A stretch of DNA of 64,000 bases. Source: a phage. The stretch lies in the sequence record NC_042307.1, one strand, 5' to 3'. The position numbers and the translations under genes are program-made. This document shows positions 56,832 to 64,000 of this stretch, piece after piece (the first letter of the stretch is position 1; each line of letters starts with the position of its first letter). Below the pieces are notes generated by a model that had not been told where the DNA came from, searched no databases, and was given only the letters and a program-made list of their open reading frames with translations.

Positions 56832-57361
56832 TAACACAGGAACGACTAAAAGAACTGTTTGACTACTCCCCAGAGACTGGGGAGTTTATTAGAAAAGTAT
56901 CTAGAGGCAACCAGAAAGCCGGGAGTATAGTAACTAGAAAGGATTCAAACGGTTATATAATTATCGGTATAGATGGTAGGGATTATAAAGCCCATCGTAT
57001 GGCCTTCCTATTTATGGAAAACACGTTACCTGAAAAAGTAGACCATATAAACCGTATACGAAGTGATAATCGATGGTGTAATCTAAGAGACGCCACAGCC
57101 CAGGAAAATAGTAGAAATAAAACCGCATGTAGTAAGTCTGGATATTTGGGAGTTGCTTGGGATATAGAAAAACAAAGATGGAGAGTTCAAGTAAGAGACT
57201 CTAATAGCACTCTTAAAAATGGTGGCAGATTTAAGTATGAAGAGCTAGAGCTAGCTGTAAATTCAGCAAATATATTAAGGACTAAGTTACATGGAGAACG
57301 TGCTGTTATAGAATTTTTTGATACATCTAATTATCCTTCACTGGAGGAGTTAAATTCATGA
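56828..57361 (+). CDS. HNH homing endonuclease (MITQERLKEL family)
   Basis: 'EKVDHINRIRSDNRWCNLRDATAQEN'. Confidence 0.7.
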   Translation: MITQERLKELFDYSPETGEFIRKVSRGNQKAGSIVTRKDSNGYIIIGIDGRDYKAHRMAFLFMENTLPEKVDHINRIRSDNRWCNLRDATAQENSRNKTACSKSGYLGVAWDIEKQRWRVQVRDSNSTLKNGGRFKYEELELAVNSANILRTKLHGERAVIEFFDTSNYPSLEELNS

Positions 57362-58248
57362 GTAGAATAACAGAGTTACTTGATCTAAAAGGAATTGAGT
57401 ACAAGGATACAGGCGGGGATATTCTTATATGCTGCCTGAATCCTGAACACGAGGATAAACACCCAAGTTTGCGTATTGATCCTGAAACCGGGATTATGCA
57501 CTGCTTGAGTTGCGGTTTTGGCAAAGGTATACCTAGTATTTATCATTATTTTAATGAGACTCAATATAGACAATCTCCAAGACTATCCCAAGTACGTAAA
57601 AAAATTTCTGAGATTAGAAATGGATCTACGAATCTTGCAATCCCAGAATCTGCTTTTCTTTTTGAAGGTGATTTCCGAGGTATCAGTTCTAAGACCTTAA
57701 AGAAATATTTTGCTTTCCAACACCAAGAGGACTGGGAAGGCAGAATTGTATTCCCAATCACAGATGCTGTTGGACGCAATATCCTATTTTTGGGTCGTTC
57801 TATAAACAGTTCTGCCCCTCCTAAATACTTAGTAAAACCAAAACAAGTTTCACCGCCAATTTTTCCTGTACGATATAATACTCCAGTTCTTATTCTAGTT
57901 GAAGGCATCTTTGATATGCTGAACCTAGAGGATAATGGTATAGACTATGCTTCTTGCTGCTTTGGTACACATCAGTTTACATCTGATAACATTGCTGATA
58001 AGTTCAGTCCTTACATTATTGCTGGAGTAAGAGTAGTTGTTATCTTGCTAGATAATGATGCCTCTGGTAATAAAGCTGCTCAAGCACTAGCGAAGCTAAT
58101 TCGTACAAAAACACGTTTAACACCTGTAGTTGGTAACTTCCTTCTTCCAGAAGGTAAAGACCCAGGTGATTTAAATAAAGAAGAGATCGATATGTTGGCT
58201 CAACGTATTGAAATTTTAGTTGCCGAATCGCTCAAAGATTTGGTATAA
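57358..58248 (+). CDS. DNA primase (DnaG-like zinc-binding + Toprim)
   Basis: 'CCLNPEHEDKHPS...CLSCG'; 'LVEGIFD', 'LLDNDASG'. Confidence 0.65.
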   Translation: MSRITELLDLKGIEYKDTGGDILICCLNPEHEDKHPSLRIDPETGIMHCLSCGFGKGIPSIYHYFNETQYRQSPRLSQVRKKISEIRNGSTNLAIPESAFLFEGDFRGISSKTLKKYFAFQHQEDWEGRIVFPITDAVGRNILFLGRSINSSAPPKYLVKPKQVSPPIFPVRYNTPVLILVEGIFDMLNLEDNGIDYASCCFGTHQFTSDNIADKFSPYIIAGVRVVVILLDNDASGNKAAQALAKLIRTKTRLTPVVGNFLLPEGKDPGDLNKEEIDMLAQRIEILVAESLKDLV

Positions 58249-58310
58249 TATATTGGTAAGTTAGAGAAGAAACACTGAAGTTATACTTACTTACCAAAAG
58301 GAGACTAAAT

Positions 58311-60878
58311 TTGAAAATTGCAGTAGTTGATAAAGCTCTAAATAACACTCGTTATGATAAACACTTCCAGCTTTATGGTGAGGAAGTTGATGTATTCCAT
58401 ATGTGTAACGAGAAGTTATCTGGTCGTTTGCTGAAAAAGCATATTACAATCGGAACTCCAGATAACCCGTTCGATCCGAACGATTACGATTTTGTTGTGC
58501 TAGTCGGTGCTGAACCTTTCCTGTATTTCGCAGGTAAGAAAGGTATCGGTGATTATACTGGTAAACGTGTAGAGCATGGTGGCTATGCCAACTGGATTGC
58601 AAGTATTAGTCCAGCTCAGCTACACTTTAAACCTGAAATGAAACCAGTTTTCGATGCTACTGTTGAAAGTATTCACGACATTATTAATGGTCGTGAGAAG
58701 ATTGCAAAAGCTGGTGATTATCGTCCTATTACTGATCCAGACGAAGCTGAAGAATACATCAAGATGGTGTATAACATGGTTATCGGACCTATCGCATTCG
58801 ACTCCGAAACCTCAGCTCTGTATGCTCGTGATGGTTATCTTCTTGGTGTTTCTATGTCTCACCAAGAGTATCAGGGTGTCTATATTGACTCTGACAGCAT
58901 CACCGAAGTAGCTGTACATTATCTCCAGAAAATTCTGGATAGTGAAAACCACACTATTGTTTTTCACAACTTGAAGTTTGATATGCACTTTTATAAGTAC
59001 CATCTGGGACTTTCCTTTGAGAAAGCGCATAAAGAGCGTAGACTTCACGATACCATGTTACAACACTATGTTCTCGATGAACGTCGTGGTACTCACGGCT
59101 TGAAATCTCTAGCAATGAAGTATACCGATATGGGTGACTATGACTTCGAACTAGATAAGTTCAAGGATGATTATTGCAAGGCACATAAGATCAAAAAAGA
59201 GGATTTCAGCTATGATCTGATTCCTTTTGATATTATGTGGCCATATGCTGCAAAAGATACCGATGCTACTCTGCGTCTGCATAACTTCTTCTTACCAAAA
59301 ATTGAGAAGAACGAAAAGCTTTGCAGTCTATACTACGAAGTTCTGATGCCTGGTTGTGTATTCCTGCAACGTGTTGAAGATCGTGGTGTACCGATTTCCG
59401 TTGATCGCTTGAAAGAAGCTCAGTATCAGTTGACTCATAATTTGAATAAAGCCCGGGAGAAACTGTACACTTATCCAGAAGTCGTTCAGCTGGAGAAGGA
59501 TCAGAACGAAGCGTTTAACCCGAACTCTGTTAAGCAACTCCGTGTTCTTCTGTTTGATTATGTTGGTTTGACTCCAACTGGTAAACTGACGGATACAGGT
59601 GCAGATTCTACAAATGCAGAAGCTCTGAATGAACTGGCTACTCAGCACCCGATTGCTAAAACTCTGCTAGAGATTCGTAAGCTGACTAAGCTGATTTCTA
59701 CTTATGTTGAGAAGATTCTTCTGAGCATCGATGCAGATGGTTGCATTCGTACAGGTTTCCACGAACACATGACTACTTCTGGTCGTCTGAGTTCTTCTGG
59801 TAAGCTGAACCTGCAACAGTTACCACGTGATGAATCTATTATCAAGGGTTGTGTAGTAGCTCCTCCTGGATATCGTGTAATCGCATGGGACTTAACAACT
59901 GCGGAAGTTTACTATGCTGCTGTTCTATCTGGTGACAGAAATATGCAACAAGTATTTATCAACATGAAGAATGAGCCTGATAAATACCCTGACTTCCACT
60001 CAAACATCGCACACATGGTATTTAAACTGACTTGTGAACCACGTGATGTTAAGAAGCTGTTCCCAGCTCTGCGTCAGGCTGCTAAGGCAATTACCTTCGG
60101 TATTCTGTATGGTTCTGGCCCAGCGAAAGTAGCTCATTCTGTTAACGAAGCTCTTCTGGAACAGGCTGCTAAGACAGGCGAACCGTTTGTTGAATGTACC
60201 GTTGCAGATGCGAAGGACTATATCGAAACTTACTTCGGTCAGTTCCCTCAGCTTAAGCGTTGGATTGATAAGTGCCACGATCAGATCAAGAATCATGGAT
60301 TTATCTATAGTCACTTTGGTCGTAAACGTCGTCTGCATAATATCCATTCCGAAGACCGTGGCGTTCAGGGTGAAGAAATTCGTTCTGGATTTAATGCAAT
60401 CATTCAGTCTGCTTCTTCTGATAGTCTCCTTTTAGGTGCTGTAGATGCAGATAATGAGATCATTTCTCTTGGCTTAGAACAAGAGATGAAGATTGTTATG
60501 TTGGTTCATGACTCCGTAGTTGCTATTGTTCGTGAAGACTTGATTGATCAATACAATGAAATTCTGATTCGTAATATTCAGAAAGACCGTGGTATCAGTA
60601 TTCCTGGCTGTCCGATTGGTATTGATTCAGATTCTGAAGCTGGAGGTTCTCGTGACTATTCTTGTGGTAAGATGAAGAAACAGCACCCATCAATCGCTTG
60701 TATTGATGATGATGAATATACTCGTTACGTTAAAGAAATGTTACTTGACGCAGATTTCGAGTATAAGAAATTAGCTGCAATGGATAAAGAGCATCCAGAC
60801 CACAGCAAGTACAAGGATGATAAGTTTATTGCTGTATGTAAAGATTTGGATAATGTAAGAAGGATTCTCGGTGCTTAA
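58311..60878 (+). CDS. DNA polymerase, family A with 3'-5' exonuclease (TTG start)
   Basis: 'FDSETSALY', 'RQAAKAITFGILYGSG', 'VHDS'; 855 aa. Confidence 0.8.
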   Translation: MKIAVVDKALNNTRYDKHFQLYGEEVDVFHMCNEKLSGRLLKKHITIGTPDNPFDPNDYDFVVLVGAEPFLYFAGKKGIGDYTGKRVEHGGYANWIASISPAQLHFKPEMKPVFDATVESIHDIINGREKIAKAGDYRPITDPDEAEEYIKMVYNMVIGPIAFDSETSALYARDGYLLGVSMSHQEYQGVYIDSDSITEVAVHYLQKILDSENHTIVFHNLKFDMHFYKYHLGLSFEKAHKERRLHDTMLQHYVLDERRGTHGLKSLAMKYTDMGDYDFELDKFKDDYCKAHKIKKEDFSYDLIPFDIMWPYAAKDTDATLRLHNFFLPKIEKNEKLCSLYYEVLMPGCVFLQRVEDRGVPISVDRLKEAQYQLTHNLNKAREKLYTYPEVVQLEKDQNEAFNPNSVKQLRVLLFDYVGLTPTGKLTDTGADSTNAEALNELATQHPIAKTLLEIRKLTKLISTYVEKILLSIDADGCIRTGFHEHMTTSGRLSSSGKLNLQQLPRDESIIKGCVVAPPGYRVIAWDLTTAEVYYAAVLSGDRNMQQVFINMKNEPDKYPDFHSNIAHMVFKLTCEPRDVKKLFPALRQAAKAITFGILYGSGPAKVAHSVNEALLEQAAKTGEPFVECTVADAKDYIETYFGQFPQLKRWIDKCHDQIKNHGFIYSHFGRKRRLHNIHSEDRGVQGEEIRSGFNAIIQSASSDSLLLGAVDADNEIISLGLEQEMKIVMLVHDSVVAIVREDLIDQYNEILIRNIQKDRGISIPGCPIGIDSDSEAGGSRDYSCGKMKKQHPSIACIDDDEYTRYVKEMLLDADFEYKKLAAMDKEHPDHSKYKDDKFIAVCKDLDNVRRILGA

Positions 60879-61368
60879 TTTCAAATTGCCCGTCTATGCG
60901 TTACGGGCGTTTGTATCAATTGAGCAGGAAGGTGATTATTCCATAATTACAACAAGATATAATAAATATGTGTTAGATAACAGGGAGTTGCCTGGCACAT
61001 TCTCTCAACGTAGGTTAGCCTTATTTGAGAAGCGGAAAGAATTACCGTACAAGCTCTATCCTATTAGAGGTAGAATATCAATGTTGTCTCAATTAGTTGG
61101 GTCAAAGCGTAGCCAATTTATAGATTCTGATGGAAATCTTATTAACTGGAAGAAAACTACGTTCTATGATGTTGTCACCGCTAAAGTTTTGCATTCAGCT
61201 AGAATTTATAACGGAAAATACCAATGCTATGTAGCTAAAGTTCCATATCCATTTGTATTATCCTATGTTCCAGCTTATATAAGCTATATTCTGGTAAATA
61301 ATAGCCCTGTTATTTATCAAGTCCATCAAGAGGAGCCTGAAATTCCTAGACTTAGAATAAAATTATGA
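60871..61368 (+). CDS. hypothetical protein (165 aa)
   Basis: ORF. Confidence 0.45.
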   Translation: MLNFKLPVYALRAFVSIEQEGDYSIITTRYNKYVLDNRELPGTFSQRRLALFEKRKELPYKLYPIRGRISMLSQLVGSKRSQFIDSDGNLINWKKTTFYDVVTAKVLHSARIYNGKYQCYVAKVPYPFVLSYVPAYISYILVNNSPVIYQVHQEEPEIPRLRIKL

Positions 61369-62711
61369 AGGTTGTTATATCTAATAAAGCCTATTTCAAG
61401 CCCGATGATGAACTTTGGGATTATTGTAGTAAGCAAACCACTTATCACATAGAGACAATGACTAGTAAATACCCTATTATGTATAAGAATAGTGGTGTTG
61501 TTGCCAAAGAGATTAAGTGGATTCCTATTACGCGTCTGGACTTATTAGATGCTAAAGGAATAAAATACGAATTAGTCGATAAACGCACATTAGCTCCGGT
61601 AGATATACCAGAACCGTCGTTTAAACTGCGTGAAGAAGATCAGCTTCCAATATACGAAGAATGCGATGATACCTGTATTATTAATGGTAAGCCTGGGTTT
61701 GGTAAAACTATCCTAGCACTTGCACTTGCGTATAAATTTGGCCAGAAAACTTTGGTAATCTGTACGAATACATCCATTCGTGAAATGTGGGCGGCAGAAG
61801 TTCGTAAATGGTTTGGGTTTGAACCAGGCATCATAGGTTCTGGAAAGTACAATATTGATCCACCCATTGTGGTCAGTAATATTCAAACAGTGAATAAACA
61901 TGCGAATAATCTTTCTAAAGTATTCGGTACTGTTATAGTTGATGAAGTTCACCATTGTGTGGCTACAACTTTCACTAACTTCCTAGAAATATCATGTGCT
62001 CGCTATAAAATTGGACTATCCGGTACACTAAAACGAAAAGATGGTCTACAAGTTATGTTCAAAGATTTCTTTGGATATAAGATATTTAGCCCACCGGTTA
62101 ATAATACTGTTGCACCTACAATCCATAGGTACTCCGTGCCTGTTGAGCTATCAGGAAACCAAAACGTACCGTGGGCATTACGTGCTAACGATGTGTATAA
62201 CCATCCTGAATACCGAGAGACTATTATAAACCTAGCACATCTATATGTGAATATGGGGCATAAAGTACTCATTCTAAGTGATAGAACAGAGTTAATCCAA
62301 ACAGTACTAGAAGCTCTTGCACAGCGTGGTGTTACAACCTATGAGATTATAGGTGCAACCCACTTAGATGACAGATTAAAAATTCAGGAAGATATAGCAA
62401 AAGGTGGGCCGTGTGTGCTTGCAGCAGCTCAAAGCATCTTCTCCGAAGGTATTTCACTTAACGAGCTGTCTTGTTTAATAATGGGGAGCCTCATTAATAA
62501 TGAATCTCTCATTGAACAGCTTGCAGGCCGTGTTCAACGTATTGTCGAGGGTAAACTCGACCCAATCGTTGTAGATCTAATTATGAAAGGTGGCACTGGG
62601 TTAAGGCAGGCTTCTGGACGTATGGCCGTGTATCGCAATAACGCGTGGAAAGTAATCACAATGACCCCTGAGAAAGCTGTGAGATTAGCACAAGAAATAT
62701 TTAAAACTTGA
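61365..62711 (+). CDS. SF2 DNA/RNA helicase (DEAH-type)
   Basis: Walker A 'GKPGFGKT', 'VDEVHH'. Confidence 0.65.
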   Translation: MKVVISNKAYFKPDDELWDYCSKQTTYHIETMTSKYPIMYKNSGVVAKEIKWIPITRLDLLDAKGIKYELVDKRTLAPVDIPEPSFKLREEDQLPIYEECDDTCIINGKPGFGKTILALALAYKFGQKTLVICTNTSIREMWAAEVRKWFGFEPGIIGSGKYNIDPPIVVSNIQTVNKHANNLSKVFGTVIVDEVHHCVATTFTNFLEISCARYKIGLSGTLKRKDGLQVMFKDFFGYKIFSPPVNNTVAPTIHRYSVPVELSGNQNVPWALRANDVYNHPEYRETIINLAHLYVNMGHKVLILSDRTELIQTVLEALAQRGVTTYEIIGATHLDDRLKIQEDIAKGGPCVLAAAQSIFSEGISLNELSCLIMGSLINNESLIEQLAGRVQRIVEGKLDPIVVDLIMKGGTGLRQASGRMAVYRNNAWKVITMTPEKAVRLAQEIFKT

Positions 62712-62712
62712 C

Positions 62713-63246
62713 ATGATAACTCAACAAAGATTAAAAGAATTACTAATATATGATCCAGATTCTGGCCACTTTATTAACAAGGTGTCCAGGGGCAGAGGAG
62801 GTAAAATTGGGGCTATTGCTGGAAGTCCTGATAAAGATGGATATATAATCATAGGTATAGATAGGAAATCTTATAAAGCCCATCGCTTAGCCTTCTTGTA
62901 CATGGAAGGCTATATGCCTACTGAAGTAGACCACGATAATAGAATACCTTATGATAATAAATGGAGTAACTTAAAAGATTCTTCTCATTCGGAAAATATG
63001 AAAAACCGTAACCCTTATAGTAAATCTGGTTATAAAGGAGTTACGTGGAATAAGGTTAAGAAGAAATGGCAAGTACAAGTGTGTAGGTCAGATGGTTCTA
63101 CAGTTTATGGTGGGTTATTCCCTTATGAAGAATTAGAGTTAGCTATAAATAAAGCTAATGAACTTAGAGTACAGCATCTAGGTATGGATTCCAGGCAAGA
63201 ACTATTTAAAGGATATATTTGCCGACGTGAGGACTTAGATAAGTAA
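62713..63246 (+). CDS. HNH homing endonuclease
   Basis: 'TEVDHDNRIPYDNKWSNLKDSSHSEN'. Confidence 0.7.
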   Translation: MITQQRLKELLIYDPDSGHFINKVSRGRGGKIGAIAGSPDKDGYIIIGIDRKSYKAHRLAFLYMEGYMPTEVDHDNRIPYDNKWSNLKDSSHSENMKNRNPYSKSGYKGVTWNKVKKKWQVQVCRSDGSTVYGGLFPYEELELAINKANELRVQHLGMDSRQELFKGYICRREDLDK

Positions 63247-63254
63247 AATTGCAT

Positions 63255-63283
63255 TTGGCAACTGCTCATAATTATTGTATAAT
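63255..63283 (+). promoter_or_regulatory. Sigma70-like promoter (-35 TTGGCA, -10 TATAAT)
   Basis: 17-bp spacer. Confidence 0.45.
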
Positions 63284-63354
63284 ATACACATAAATTTGAG
63301 AGAGAAAGTTTCGGATTGATAAGAAAGTCCGAAGCAGAAAAATAAAAATTGTAC

Positions 63355-63384
63355 TTGTCAAATCCTCCCGATTTAATGTATAAT
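63355..63384 (+). promoter_or_regulatory. Sigma70-like promoter (-35 TTGTCA, -10 TATAAT)
   Basis: 18-bp spacer. Confidence 0.45.
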
Positions 63385-63411
63385 ATATACATAAATTGAT
63401 GAGAGACAAAA

Positions 63412-63774
63412 ATGAAATTCTTTGATTACGAGAGAATTTACCTCTTAGCTAGAGGAAACTCCGACCTGATTGTCAAGCTATTTAATAGAATGCTTGCAGA
63501 GCCTGATGCTCACCAACTACTGGTCGGTTATTCATTCATCTTGAATGAATCAACTATTGTTGATAACCCTTACAAATTGTCTAATAGACAACTGGCAGAA
63601 TATCTAGGAATTCTAAGTCTACGAAATTATGCCGAATATAAGTTTACAAACGATCCGAGTTTGGACATGCAATATGTTCCCATATGGATACCACGTTCTG
63701 TAATCGACACTAACCCACTAATTGCAATCAATAAATCGAAGATAATCTTTAAAGAGGAAATAAAATATGGCTAA
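63412..63774 (+). CDS. hypothetical protein (120 aa)
   Basis: ORF with GAGAGA RBS. Confidence 0.5.
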   Translation: MKFFDYERIYLLARGNSDLIVKLFNRMLAEPDAHQLLVGYSFILNESTIVDNPYKLSNRQLAEYLGILSLRNYAEYKFTNDPSLDMQYVPIWIPRSVIDTNPLIAINKSKIIFKEEIKYG

Positions 63775-64000
63775 GTCTTGGGGCGAAACTACTGGCGGTT
63801 CTAACGATAAAATCGACTTCCTGAAATTCAACAACGGTGTAACTCGCGTTCGTATCGTTTCTGGTGTTCTTCCACGTTATGTCTACTGGCTGACTAACAA
63901 AGATGGTAATGCAGCTCCATTTGAGTGCCTGCGTTTCAACCGTACTAAAGAGAGCTTCGTTCGCGGTAAAGCTGACCCGATTCACGAAATGGGCTTCTTC
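63767..64000 (+). CDS. hypothetical protein, 3'-truncated by window end; host-like codon usage
   Basis: ATG 63767 after GAGGAAATAAAAT; 'MAKSWGETTGGSNDKIDFLKF...'. Confidence 0.45.
   Translation, partial: MAKSWGETTGGSNDKIDFLKFNNGVTRVRIVSGVLPRYVYWLTNKDGNAAPFECLRFNRTKESFVRGKADPIHEMGFF

Noticed and set aside
630-63246. HNH genes as transposases or IS elements
   Set aside because: No terminal inverted repeats or transposase motifs; organisation matches free-standing homing endonucleases

Overview
This window reads as the early region of a T5-like (Tequintavirus-like) lytic phage; all calls rest on reading the sequence and the supplied ORF track plus recalled family motifs, with no database search run. 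Layout: a repeat-rich, ORF-poor left end (1-2100), then a long minus-strand block (630-39515), a divergent promoter region (39515-39800), and a plus-strand replication block (39801-64000). The minus block carries small membrane proteins, a holin/endolysin lysis cassette, ClpP-like protease, dNMP kinase, two phosphoesterases, a thioredoxin-like protein, a tRNA cluster (Ile, Thr, Gly, Ser, Arg plus one atypical), a GrcA-like glycyl-radical protein, an SPFH protein, RNase H, thyA, DHFR, nrdB, nrdA and phoH. The plus block carries nrdD, a Sir2-like protein, a HAD hydrolase, a putative origin-binding ATPase, a split NAD-ligase, a DnaB-like helicase, primase, family-A DNA polymerase and an SF2 helicase. 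Fourteen HNH-type and two T5orf172-type free-standing endonuclease genes are interspersed. The most notable observations are an apparent +1 frameshift in nrdB at a C4 run, a GrcA-like gene alongside nrdD with no nrdG seen, the Sir2/HAD/paralog cluster, two ORF-free candidate RNA or origin regions, and iteron-like repeats at the left end. Start codons are approximate where noted, and isotypes of the tRNAs were folded by hand.
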